This document shows, piece after piece, positions 1 through 9,371 of a stretch of 64,000 nt of DNA. The translations under genes were made by a program, and so were the position numbers. Every line of letters begins with the position of its first letter. The stretch's first letter is position 1. The notes beneath the pieces were generated by a model. It was not told the DNA's origin and searched no databases. It saw only the letters and a list, made by a program, of their open reading frames with translations. This stretch comes from Nitrospirota bacterium (lineage in GTDB: Bacteria; Nitrospirota; UBA9217): positions 180,696-244,695 of the forward strand of contig CAVUCU010000003.1 of the NCBI GenBank assembly GCA_963740085.1, read 5' to 3'.

Positions 1-1608
1 GTCGAGTAGCGCTGAATAGTCCCTGGCTGATGATTTGACGGCCCCTTCTTCACCCGTAAAAGCGAACAGGTCGTCATAGATGCCCCTTACCTTTTTCGTA
101 TGATCGGCATAGTTGTGGAGCAACTCCTCCGCCTCTCCTCCATGGGGGTCGAAATAACCGGTACGCCGGGCAAGGGTGCGCAGTTCAGGTTCGTCGCCCG
201 GAAGCGTCTGGGTCTGCAGATCATCGAGGATCTGGATCCGGTGCTCCACGGTCCGCAGGAAGATATAGGCCTTGGAAAGCACGTCGTGCTCCTGATCGGT
301 GATAAGTCCCTTTTGCGCAAGGACATGGAGCGCCTTGAGCGCGTTCTTTTCGCGCAGCGTCCGGTCCCGGCCGGAGTAGATAAGCTGAAGCGCCTGGATC
401 ACGAACTCGATCTCCCGGATGCCGCCGTAGCCGAGCTTTACGTCGCGGTGAGTCCTCCCCTTCTGCTCCACGTCCCTGTTGATCTTCTGCTTCATGTCGC
501 GGATCTCGGCGATGGCGCTGTAATCCAGGTACTTCCGGTACACAAATGGGGCGATGCGGTCCATGAATTCCCTGCCCACGGCCTCGTCGCCGGCTACCGG
601 TCTTGCCTTGAGCAACGCCGACCGTTCCCAGGTCTGGCCCCAGGACTCGTAGTAGATCTCATACCCGCCCAGGCTCTGGGCCAGTGGACCACGCTGCCCC
701 TCGGGCCGGAGACGCATGTCCACGCGGAACACGAACCCGTCCTCGGTCTTCTCGTTGATGGCAGCGCTCAGCTTCTCCGCGAGTTTGATAAAATACTGGT
801 GATTCGTTATCCGGTTCGTTCTGTGACCGTCTGAGGTGACTATCCCCTCCGTCTCGCCATCGGCGGTATAGACATACATAAGGTCAACATCGGAGCTGAA
901 GTTCAGTTCCCTTCCCCCAAGTTTGCCCATGGCGATGACCGCGAATCCGGCGGGAGCCATTGTTCCGTCGGGGTTCTCCATGATCGGTCTGCCGTATCGT
1001 TTCGTGAGCCCGGCATCGGCCCATTCATAGGCCCTCTGCAAGCTCACTTCGGCAAGATGAGACAGGTCCTCCACGGTCTCCCTGAGATCGGCCCTGCCGA
1101 GCAGATCGCGCAGCCCGATCCTGAGCATCTCTTTTTTACGGTTCAGACGAAGCAACCGGAAGAACTCGTGATCTTCAGGATGGTCGCCGACCAACGCCGC
1201 GAGCCGTTCGTCCAGTTGCCGTTTGTCGGTTGGATGGGAAAGAACGAGCGGATCGGACAAAAAAACCAGGCTTTCATCGGCGATCGTGACGAGGAAGGTG
1301 GAAAGAAACCGGCTTGCGCCGAATATCGTGATGAGCGCGCGAAGAATGTCATGCCTCCTCCGGCAAAGCGAGATGAAGGAGGGAATGTCCGTAAGCGCGC
1401 TCACGAACCGTTCGATATTGTTCAGCGCCATGTCAGGATCAGCGGCCTTGGACAGATCGGCAAGCAGCAGCGATGCGACCTCCGCAAAGTTCTCCGGGCC
1501 GAGCTTTGCGCCCAGGAGGTCGAGGTTTCCGAGCGCCTGCGCCGCGTCCTGTACGCCGAGATGCAATAATTGCTCTGGATTAGCCGTTATATGTTTGTCA
1601 AATGACAT
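1..1608 (-). CDS. glnE: Bifunctional glutamine synthetase adenylyltransferase/deadenylase; 3' end runs off the window
   Basis: Manual minus-strand translation from ATG at 1608 includes ADPDMALNNIERF, RIGLRDL and FAVIAMGKLGGRELNFSSDVDLMYVY, the GlnE nucleotidyltransferase motif. Absent from the ORF track because there is no stop in the window. Confidence 0.93.
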   Translation of the reverse strand, partial: MSFDKHITANPEQLLHLGVQDAAQALGNLDLLGAKLGPENFAEVASLLLADLSKAADPDMALNNIERFVSALTDIPSFISLCRRRHDILRALITIFGASRFLSTFLVTIADESLVFLSDPLVLSHPTDKRQLDERLAALVGDHPEDHEFFRLLRLNRKKEMLRIGLRDLLGRADLRETVEDLSHLAEVSLQRAYEWADAGLTKRYGRPIMENPDGTMAPAGFAVIAMGKLGGRELNFSSDVDLMYVYTADGETEGIVTSDGHRTNRITNHQYFIKLAEKLSAAINEKTEDGFVFRVDMRLRPEGQRGPLAQSLGGYEIYYESWGQTWERSALLKARPVAGDEAVGREFMDRIAPFVYRKYLDYSAIAEIRDMKQKINRDVEQKGRTHRDVKLGYGGIREIEFVIQALQLIYSGRDRTLREKNALKALHVLAQKGLITDQEHDVLSKAYIFLRTVEHRIQILDDLQTQTLPGDEPELRTLARRTGYFDPHGGEAEELLHNYADHTKKVRGIYDDLFAFTGEEGAVKSSARDYSALLD

Positions 1609-1759
1609 TTTTTATATTATACTGACAAGTATCAGGAGATACAAGCGCAACAATGATACAGAGCGCAGAGGGCATAGCGCAAAGGGCAAAGGGGCAAACG
1701 CTATGCGCTATGCCCCATGCGTTCTACACCTTGCTCTCTGCTTCATGTGCGTCTCTATA

Positions 1760-2182
1760 ATGACCCAACTCCGAGACAATCGCAAATGCTACGTCTGCGG
1801 CAGGGATAACCCCGCCGGCCTTGGCGTTGATTTTCATATCGACAGAGAACGGCGCTCCATCAGCGCGAAATTCACCCCTTCGGATATTTACCAGGGGTAC
1901 GAAGGGATCGTCCACGGCGGCATCCTTTCGACTTTGCTCGATGAGGCCATGGCCAAGCTCACCGTCAGCCTCGGAATCCCCGCCGTGACCGCCGAAATGA
2001 AGGTCACCTTCAAGGCCCCGGCTGCTCCGGGAGAGGAGCTGTATGTTTCCGGCAAGCTCACGCAGGAGACCAGGCGTCTGATCCAGGCCGAGGCGAAGAT
2101 CGAGCGGGGGCCGGTCCTGATCGCGGAGGCCACGGGAAAGTTACTGAGAATCAGTTCGGAGTTCAGCGAGATCAGTTCATAG
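1760..2182 (+). CDS. PaaI family (hotdog-fold) thioesterase
   Basis: CYVCGRDNPAGL and QGYEGIVHGGILSTLLDEAM motifs. ATG at 1760 is in frame with ORF 1223..2182. Confidence 0.88.
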   Translation: MTQLRDNRKCYVCGRDNPAGLGVDFHIDRERRSISAKFTPSDIYQGYEGIVHGGILSTLLDEAMAKLTVSLGIPAVTAEMKVTFKAPAAPGEELYVSGKLTQETRRLIQAEAKIERGPVLIAEATGKLLRISSEFSEISS

Positions 2183-2296
2183 TTCAGAGTTCATGGAGCA
2201 TAGTAATAGAAATAAGCTTCATAACTCTTGACTCTGAATTTTGAACTCCTGCACTCTGAGCTCTACCTTTGAACTCTGAACTGTGAACTATTTATT

Positions 2297-4441
2297 ATGG
2301 AATACACCCACAAACAACTCATAGCTCTGATCAAGACCAGGACAGGGAAGCCCGTGATGGTGCGCGAGCTGATGCGTCTCCTAAAGCTCCAAACCTTCGA
2401 CAGGCATGAACTTAAACAGGCGCTTAACGAGCTCGTCCTGAGCGGTGAGATCGTCAAGACGCGCGGCAATCGCTACGGCCTGCCCGAGAAGATGGACCTC
2501 GAGACCGGCATCTTCCAGGCCCATCCGCAGGGATACGGATTCGTGATACCGGAGACAAAGGGCAGGACCGACATCTACATCTCCGCGAAGGGAAAACTGG
2601 ACGCCATGAACGGCGACAAGATCGTGGCACGCGTATCGCCGCCGGTCGGAAGAAAGAAGATCGCGGGCAAGCGCGAGGGCGTGATCATCCGCATCCTCGA
2701 GCGTGCGCACACGCGGGTCGTCGGCTCGTACGAACTCCCTGATGTGAAAGCCGGAGGATACGGGTTTGTAACGTCGCGCGACCCCAAGATCACCCAGGAC
2801 CTCGTCATCGGCAGGGAGAACGCAGGCAATGCAAAGAGCGGCGACATCGTGTCCGCCGAGATCATCGCTTATCCCATGCGCGGCAGACCGCCGGAAGGCA
2901 GGATCGTCAAGGTCATCGGCAAGCCCGGCGATCCCGGCATCGACTCTGAACTGATCATCGAGCAGTACGAGCTCCCGGTCCATTTTACGCCCGCCACGCT
3001 GCGGGAAGCTGACGACATCCCGCAGCAGATCAGCGTTGCTATGCTCAAGGGCAGGAAAGACCTCCGGGACCTGGTGACGGTCACCATCGACGGAGAAACA
3101 GCCCGCGACTTCGACGACGCGATCTCAATCGAAAAGATCAGGGCGGGGTACCGGCTCTGGGTGCACATCGCGGACGTTTCCAGCTATGTCAAGGAAGGCA
3201 CATCGCTCGATGAAGAGGCGTACCAGCGCGCCACGAGCGTGTATCTTCCGGACCGCGCCATTCCCATGCTTCCCGAGGCGCTCTCGAACGGCATCTGCAG
3301 CCTGAACCCGAACGTGGACCGGCTCACCTTCACCTGCGAGATGGACATCTCGCCGGAAGGAGCGATCCTGCGGTACGACATCTACGAGAGCGTCATCAAC
3401 AGCAACGAGCGCATGACCTACACCGCGGTTCGCGAGATCCTCGTGGACCGGGACGCGGCCCAACGGAAACGCTATGCCGCGCTTCTCACGGAGTTCGGGC
3501 TCATGGAAGAGCTCATGGCGATCCTGCGCGCGAAACGTGCGAAACGCGGCAGCATCGACTTCGATCTTCCCGAGCCCCAGATCGTACTCGACCTCCAGGG
3601 CCGCATGACCGACATTCTGCGGGCCGAGCGGAACATGGCTCATCAGATCATCGAGGAGTTCATGCTTGCGGCGAACGAGACCACGGCGCACCACATCGAA
3701 AAGAAAAAAGCGCCGTTCATCTATCGCATTCATGAGGAACCGGCCGAGGAAAAACTGACGGACCTCATCGATTTCCTCGCCACCCTCGGCATAACCCTCC
3801 CCGCGGTGAAGAAGCTGAAACCCCTGCACCTGCAGAAGGCGCTTGCCAAGGCCAAGGGCACGCCGGAAGAGACGCTGATCAACACCGTCCTGCTCCGCAC
3901 CATGAAACAGGCAAAGTATTCGGCGGAGAACGTCGGACATTTCGGACTCGCCGCAGAGACCTATACGCACTTCACCTCACCCATCCGTCGCTACCCGGAC
4001 CTGATCGTGCACCGCATCCTGAAGGCGGACTTAAATGGCAGGTTGAAGAACGAAACTTATGCGGAACAGCTTGCCGAAAAACTTCCCGGCCAGGCGGATC
4101 ATTGCTCCAAACGCGAACGGGTCGCGATGGAGGCGGAGCGTGACGTGATCACCATGCTCAAACTCGAATTCATGAAGGACAAGGTCGGCGAGGTGTACGA
4201 CGGCATCATCACCGGTGTACTGCAGTTCGGCTTTTTCGTTCAGTTAAATGAGTTCTTCGTGGAGGGACTGGTCCACGTCTCATCGCTCTCCGATGACTAC
4301 TATCACTATATTGAGAAGATGCACAGCCTGCGGGGGGAACGGAAGAAGCGCTCGTACCGCATCGGCGATACGGTGCGGGTGCGCGTGGACCGCGTCGATC
4401 CCGTCAGGAAGCGGATCGACTTTACGTTATCTGCGGATTAA
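2297..4441 (+). CDS. rnr: Ribonuclease R
   Basis: Cold-shock domains (HPQGYGFV), RNB motifs TIDGETARDFDDA and YTHFTSPIRRYPD, C-terminal S1 domain. Confidence 0.97.
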   Translation: MEYTHKQLIALIKTRTGKPVMVRELMRLLKLQTFDRHELKQALNELVLSGEIVKTRGNRYGLPEKMDLETGIFQAHPQGYGFVIPETKGRTDIYISAKGKLDAMNGDKIVARVSPPVGRKKIAGKREGVIIRILERAHTRVVGSYELPDVKAGGYGFVTSRDPKITQDLVIGRENAGNAKSGDIVSAEIIAYPMRGRPPEGRIVKVIGKPGDPGIDSELIIEQYELPVHFTPATLREADDIPQQISVAMLKGRKDLRDLVTVTIDGETARDFDDAISIEKIRAGYRLWVHIADVSSYVKEGTSLDEEAYQRATSVYLPDRAIPMLPEALSNGICSLNPNVDRLTFTCEMDISPEGAILRYDIYESVINSNERMTYTAVREILVDRDAAQRKRYAALLTEFGLMEELMAILRAKRAKRGSIDFDLPEPQIVLDLQGRMTDILRAERNMAHQIIEEFMLAANETTAHHIEKKKAPFIYRIHEEPAEEKLTDLIDFLATLGITLPAVKKLKPLHLQKALAKAKGTPEETLINTVLLRTMKQAKYSAENVGHFGLAAETYTHFTSPIRRYPDLIVHRILKADLNGRLKNETYAEQLAEKLPGQADHCSKRERVAMEAERDVITMLKLEFMKDKVGEVYDGIITGVLQFGFFVQLNEFFVEGLVHVSSLSDDYYHYIEKMHSLRGERKKRSYRIGDTVRVRVDRVDPVRKRIDFTLSAD

Positions 4442-4493
4442 AACGTTTTTCAGGACAGCCGACAGGTTGGGCTGTTCCCAGGATTGTAATAAA

Positions 4494-5033
4494 TCAGAGG
4501 TACTTGTTGCGAATACGCGCCAACACCTGGCTTACCCGTGTTTGCAGACTACCGCTGACCTCCAGCACGTCCACATCAAAACCGTATGAATTCCCCAAGG
4601 CTATCTCCTCGAGAATCTCATCCACGCGTTGTCTGTACATAGCGTCCTGCGACACGGGTAGAACTATCCGGTCGGGCTCTTCGATAGATAAAAATACCAC
4701 TAGATCAAGCTTTCTAACTGCCACTCGAATGCGAGGTAACCAGGCGTCGAGATCAAACGCTTCAAAGTCGGCATGCGAAAGAAGGTAGCCCAGGATGTCA
4801 ACCGGACAGCGGTCAAAAATCACATTCGGCGCGCTTTCGTCAAGATTCTCGATGGAGCGCTCCAGTTGCAGCTCGAAATCTTCGAGTGAGGGCAACTCAG
4901 CAAACTCGTATCCCTCGTCTTGCAATTGGTGGTAGGGCTCCTCGACGGTTGTATACTGGGGCAGCGCTTCTGACAACGCGTCGACGAGCGATGACTTTCC
5001 CGAAAAGTGAGTGCCTGAAATTGCTATCCGCAT
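4494..5033 (-). CDS. AAA_28/NadR-like P-loop nucleotide kinase/ATPase
   Basis: N-terminal Walker A ISGTHFSGKSS and IFDR motif. Confidence 0.75.
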   Translation of the reverse strand: MRIAISGTHFSGKSSLVDALSEALPQYTTVEEPYHQLQDEGYEFAELPSLEDFELQLERSIENLDESAPNVIFDRCPVDILGYLLSHADFEAFDLDAWLPRIRVAVRKLDLVVFLSIEEPDRIVLPVSQDAMYRQRVDEILEEIALGNSYGFDVDVLEVSGSLQTRVSQVLARIRNKYL

Positions 5034-5193
5034 ATTAGCTTTGAGAAAAAAGTCCCCTCACAATTGCAAATATATTCCCCGTGCCGATTAATTCATCGCG
5101 TTGCTCTTCTTTAACGGCGGCCGCTCTCCCTGGATATCGCGGCCTTCATTTCATCATAAGTGCGAGACGTAAGTAGGTCCCCATCCTGCGGTA

Positions 5194-5748
5194 TCATGCC
5201 GTTTTGAAAATCAAGTTCTTTAAAGGGGGCGATACGATCTCTGGTTCAAGGGCAATGCCGAGGCACTGAATATCCGTAATACAGCCATCATGGCGGTCGC
5301 GTCTCACGACGAAATCAGTGCACGGAAATTTTCTGGGTTGTTCGAACACCTTAAGAACTTTATGAGGCCCCAAGGAAGCCAGATACCGGCCGTTCATGTA
5401 AAGCACTGACCCATCATGCAATTCTATGAAATAATGCGGTCCCTCTTCATTGGCCCCCTCGACCTCGAAATATCGAGTTGCTCGATACGCCGTGGAGACA
5501 AGAAGACCCTCCTGCTCGGACTGCTCATCTCGTTCGGGAGCTCTTGAAAGGCTCCAAAAATCGGTTCCCGGGGCATTGACGAGTTTGTTGGTAAAGAAAA
5601 GCGAAAGGGAGAAACCAATCAGAATTGCAATGCCCATCAACCACTCCGGTGCGTTTGCCGGAAGGAGGGCCATGAACGCGCCGGTTATTGCAAAAAGACC
5701 GATTAAGAACGATAGGGCGGCAATAAGCAGTCTCATTGATCCTCTCAA
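5194..5748 (-). CDS. Hypothetical membrane protein with two N-terminal TM helices
   Basis: 184-aa ORF with two hydrophobic segments; no family recognised. Confidence 0.6.
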   Translation of the reverse strand: MRGSMRLLIAALSFLIGLFAITGAFMALLPANAPEWLMGIAILIGFSLSLFFTNKLVNAPGTDFWSLSRAPERDEQSEQEGLLVSTAYRATRYFEVEGANEEGPHYFIELHDGSVLYMNGRYLASLGPHKVLKVFEQPRKFPCTDFVVRRDRHDGCITDIQCLGIALEPEIVSPPLKNLIFKTA

Positions 5749-5839
5749 ATAGTAATCACACTGTGTTCCAACAAGGAAAGCAGTGAGGCGGTTATCGCGC
5801 GACGGGACGACCCCACCCTTGTTTTACAAAAGACCGGGT

Positions 5840-5920
5840 GCTCGGGTTTCTTTTCGTTCCCGCTGGCAGTGATGTGATATACGGCGCCGAGATATTCTAT
5901 GCAGAGAGGAACAGGCCATG
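5840..5920 (-). pseudogene. N-terminal remnant of a REP-associated/IS200-like Y1 (HUH) transposase
   Basis: PLCIEYLGAVYHITASGNEKK resembles the MARPLRIEYPGAVYHITARGN start of RAYT/Y1 transposases; truncated. Confidence 0.7.
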
Positions 5921-5986
5921 CGGTGAGATTATCAGAAGATTTGTTGAAAGTCAAAAATATAGACCTAATTCCAAGATGTTTTCCGC

Positions 5987-7273
5987 TCAGTAATATCCCA
6001 GTCTTCTCGTCACGGCGACCAGGACGACCGAGATCCCGATCGACCCCGCCATGAGGGTAAGCGAGATCGCAAGGCTGTTCAGCAGTGACGGATCCAGAAG
6101 CAGCATGACGCTCAGTCCGAGCATCATCGTGCCCGAGACGAGCTTCAGAGCCCGTCCCTGCTGTTCCGTGAGCTTCTTTCTTCCAAGGGTGATCGTGAAG
6201 ACCAGGACGATGGCGAAGAGCGGGAGCACGCGGATCACGTTATAGAGGACGAGATACAGGTAGGAGGAAAGGGCCGGAACGCGATCGAGCGTCAGGACCC
6301 GGGTGAAGACCATGGGAAAGCCGGCCGTGCAGAGGAGCTCGTAGAAGTTCGCCAGGATGGCGAGCACTGTGGTCCCGGCAAGGATCGACAGGAGTGACGC
6401 GGACCGGACGAGCTGCCGCATGCGGTCGAAGAGCTTGGGCTTGGCGCTCTCGGGGATAGACAGGGAGATGCCTTTCTTGAAGGCAAAGAAGTCCTTGACG
6501 TTGACGGCGCCGATGAAAAGCGAAACGAGGCCCGCGGCGGTTGTTACCGACGAGACGTTCGCCATGACGAGGAAGAGGTTCAGCCATGCGGCCATGACGA
6601 GCAGGGAAATGAACCCGGAGAAGAAGACGAAGACGGTGCCCACGAGAAGCATCCTGTTCCGCGACCGGGCATGGACCAGGAGCCCCAGGAGCGACAGCAG
6701 CACGAAGAAGGCGCAGGGGTTGAAGCTGTCCATCCCGGCGATCACGATGGTCAGGACCGGCAGCGAGAGATTGCGGGCGTCCAGCGTGCCGAGGAGCGGG
6801 AGCTCGAATGAGATGCCGCGCTCCCCGGACTGTGCCGGCAAGAGACTGACGGCCGCGCCTCCCCTGCTCCGCAGCAGCGCAACGGGATCCCTGCAGGACG
6901 CGGCCCCGCATTCGTCCACCTCCTTCACGATCTGCTCCTGAATGTGTCTTGAGAATCCCACGAATACCCGCTCGCCCACGAAGGTGACGGGAACTCCGGG
7001 CGTCTCTTTTCCCTGCTGGTCCATCAGGTCCTGCAGGAGCTCCAGGTTCCGGCGGTCCTTCAGCACTTCGTGCTCAGTGATCCGGAGACGCGGATCGCTC
7101 CGGCCGAGCCCGGCGAGGAACGCCCGTTCCTCTTCGCAGTGCGCGCAGCCCTCACCCCAGAAGAGATGGACGGGCACGGTGACGCCGTCCTTCCGGCTTT
7201 GAACATCGGCATGGGCGGCGCCGGCCGTCAGGGAGAGGAGGAGGCAGAGGATCGCGGTTGTCAGCCTGGTCAT
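5987..7273 (-). CDS. Thioredoxin/glutaredoxin-fold domain fused to a multi-TM (CcdA/DsbD-like) domain
   Basis: Signal peptide, FWGEGCAHC CxxC, GVP cis-Pro loop, then TM segments with DSFNPCAFFVL and YELLCTAG. Confidence 0.8.
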   Translation of the reverse strand: MTRLTTAILCLLLSLTAGAAHADVQSRKDGVTVPVHLFWGEGCAHCEEERAFLAGLGRSDPRLRITEHEVLKDRRNLELLQDLMDQQGKETPGVPVTFVGERVFVGFSRHIQEQIVKEVDECGAASCRDPVALLRSRGGAAVSLLPAQSGERGISFELPLLGTLDARNLSLPVLTIVIAGMDSFNPCAFFVLLSLLGLLVHARSRNRMLLVGTVFVFFSGFISLLVMAAWLNLFLVMANVSSVTTAAGLVSLFIGAVNVKDFFAFKKGISLSIPESAKPKLFDRMRQLVRSASLLSILAGTTVLAILANFYELLCTAGFPMVFTRVLTLDRVPALSSYLYLVLYNVIRVLPLFAIVLVFTITLGRKKLTEQQGRALKLVSGTMMLGLSVMLLLDPSLLNSLAISLTLMAGSIGISVVLVAVTRRLGYY

Positions 7274-7599
7274 TGGTCACGGACCTCGATGTGACTTGCT
7301 GAAAGTGGGGCGACTATTGCTGATCGTCGGTTTGTGCTTTTCCGTTCTTTCCCGGGGCGTCTTGCCGATCTCGAAGAGCGTGCCCATGAACGCGATTTTC
7401 AGCATGTCGAGAGGTTCTGTCTCGTTTCTTCGTCCGGGCGGGAAGGAACGAGCACGTGATGGCGCGTCTTTCAGCGATCCTCTCGGCGAGAGTGTTAGAT
7501 GTCCCGAATTGCGCGTCACTTCTCGCACCTTGATATATTTTATGCGTCCTTTTTGAACGACGTGCTGGGCGAGATACATCTTAACAATCTAAATACAGT

Positions 7600-7974
7600 T
7601 CATGTAAGCAGCCACTTGGTAGTATCATCAATAGTTCGAAATGCATGATACGTAATGGGTATTTCGTCATATTCTGCATATGCCTCATACATTCGAGATA
7701 ATCCAAAATCTATATCAAATTTACCCACCAGCGCAGTTTTGCCGCCCGAACGTTTTTCAGTATGACTTTTCATTTCAGCAGATATTCTGTGGAAATCGTC
7801 AGCTGTAATTTTGCCTACCGAGCCTTTAAGAGCATTCCATAAAACGTATTTCGTGGGGTTCTCATTATAGTACTTCGATGAATAATTCAATATTTCATTT
7901 GCTGATAAGTCACCTTCAACAGTGAATATTGTTAGATCAGCTTCCGCTACGATTTTTACCGTGATAATTGCCAT
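7600..7974 (-). CDS. Hypothetical SpoIIAA/STAS-SEC14-like protein (gene cassette)
   Basis: Low-GC ORF ending FGLSRMYE...FRTIDDTTKWL; starts just downstream of an attC site. Confidence 0.65.
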   Translation of the reverse strand: MAIITVKIVAEADLTIFTVEGDLSANEILNYSSKYYNENPTKYVLWNALKGSVGKITADDFHRISAEMKSHTEKRSGGKTALVGKFDIDFGLSRMYEAYAEYDEIPITYHAFRTIDDTTKWLLT

Positions 7975-7987
7975 TTTGTGATGTCTC

Positions 7988-8044
7988 ACCTAACGCGGCG
8001 CTGACGCGCCGCAAGGCGCGTCGCCGTCGAGCGCCAGGTTGGTC
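7988..8044 (-). other. Integron attC recombination site (57 bp)
   Basis: Minus strand GACCAAC-ctggcgctcgacggcgacgcgccttgcggcgcgtcagcgccgc-GTTAGGT: inverse core and core enclosing an imperfect palindrome, between two co-oriented small genes. Confidence 0.8.
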
Positions 8045-8052
8045 GTCTTCTT

Positions 8053-8400
8053 TCATTCAGGCAATGAAGGCATAAACGTACGAAGCAATATTGAGCCTAG
8101 CACAAGCAGCGCAATCATGCAGTACGTAGTTATTACGGGCCTACGAATACTTCTATCGATTATAGTCACTTTTAGGTATGCGAGGACAACGGTTGCTCCA
8201 GCTAGATACATGACTTCAGAAATGTTGGATAAACTTTGAGCTCCGTAACCTGAAGCAGTCAGAATGATCCATATAGCTATCGCTGGAATAGAAGCAAATA
8301 TTAGCCATTTTGATTCGGCGCCGCGTCGCTTGGATATTGAATAAGCAGGATAAGAAAGCGCGCAAATGATAAGCAGCAAGACTATGAAGAAGATAGTCAT
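8053..8400 (-). CDS. Hypothetical 4-TM membrane protein (gene cassette)
   Basis: 115 aa, four hydrophobic segments, low GC, followed by attC. Confidence 0.7.
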   Translation of the reverse strand: MTIFFIVLLLIICALSYPAYSISKRRGAESKWLIFASIPAIAIWIILTASGYGAQSLSNISEVMYLAGATVVLAYLKVTIIDRSIRRPVITTYCMIALLVLGSILLRTFMPSLPE

Positions 8401-8408
8401 ATTAGGGC

Positions 8409-8957
8409 CTACTTCGGTAAGACGCCTATTTGCGAATTGAGGTAAATTACGGCTCTAATCAACCAGTATGCTATTGTGCCAATACCAATCAGCGCAATTA
8501 CATTCGCAGCAACGACAAAGGGTCTTGGCCAGACACGCTGAGGTGCGATATGAATCCACTTCCCTTGACCATCTTTCCATCGTACATTTTGTAATTGCGG
8601 CACGGTTTTGTAGCTAAGTAACTGAACCACAAACCACTCCTTCGGTCCAAGCGATGGGACATGAATAATATGTTCCCCAGTGGGGGACGAAGATTCTGTA
8701 TATCCGATGGATGGCTGAATTTCGAAAAAGTCGGGGCGCGTTTTGTGAATTATTTCGATTCCCTCAGCTGGCTTTCGGCCCCAGTTTTGGACCGTCAATG
8801 AGTTTGTCTGAATCACGACATTTTCGTTCTTAAGATTAAATAAGAAATTATGTGGTGACCAGCATAGTAATTTAGATTTCGGTTCCAGAAACCGACTAAG
8901 ATAACCAACTATGAGACTGACAATAATAGTGGCAACGTAACTACCGAGAGTATCCAT
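8409..8957 (-). CDS. Hypothetical protein with N- and C-terminal TM helices
   Basis: 182-aa ORF with SD GAGGAG; low GC. Confidence 0.7.
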   Translation of the reverse strand: MDTLGSYVATIIVSLIVGYLSRFLEPKSKLLCWSPHNFLFNLKNENVVIQTNSLTVQNWGRKPAEGIEIIHKTRPDFFEIQPSIGYTESSSPTGEHIIHVPSLGPKEWFVVQLLSYKTVPQLQNVRWKDGQGKWIHIAPQRVWPRPFVVAANVIALIGIGTIAYWLIRAVIYLNSQIGVLPK

Positions 8958-9371
8958 TATTCAGCTCCTCTTGATTTATTCGACTAACAAGTTCTTATAG
9001 GGACGGGATACCGTAGCATAAAAAATGCGAACTGGTCAAGATAATTTGAAAAACCTTGATGTAACGGGCGGAATTCATTGCAATTCAGTTGCTGACTAAT
9101 ATGCAATAAATGGAAATTTAAAATTAGTCGGACCAATATGCAAATTGCATATTCAACGGATGCTGATTCTCTTTAACCTGTGAACTCTGCGTAATCTGCG
9201 GATAATACGACCGGAGAAGTTGACACATGTGGACGCAGAGTTAAATGAAATTTTTTAGTCTTGTTTTAACCTGGAACATATTTCTTAAGCTTTTCTCTGC
9301 GAACCCTGCGACTCTGCGAGAAAAGAAATGTCCTGTTGAAATTAATGAATAGCTATGATATGGTATTGTCC

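Noticed and set aside
100-1569. Plus-strand ORFs of 244 aa and 170 aa
   Set aside because: Antisense shadows of glnE, which has the recognisable motifs on the minus strand.
1223-1759. Long N-terminal extension of the thioesterase (319-aa ORF)
   Set aside because: Overlaps glnE antisense and a repeat region; the family-like sequence starts at ATG 1760.
2150-2290. Possible CRISPR array
   Set aside because: Only degenerate 7-mers, with no 25-40 bp repeat-spacer pattern and no cas genes.
5987-7273. Possible selenoproteins among the redox genes, given the sel cluster
   Set aside because: This gene has CAHC, and TraF and DsbC have CDFC and CPFC; I saw no in-frame TGA at these motifs.
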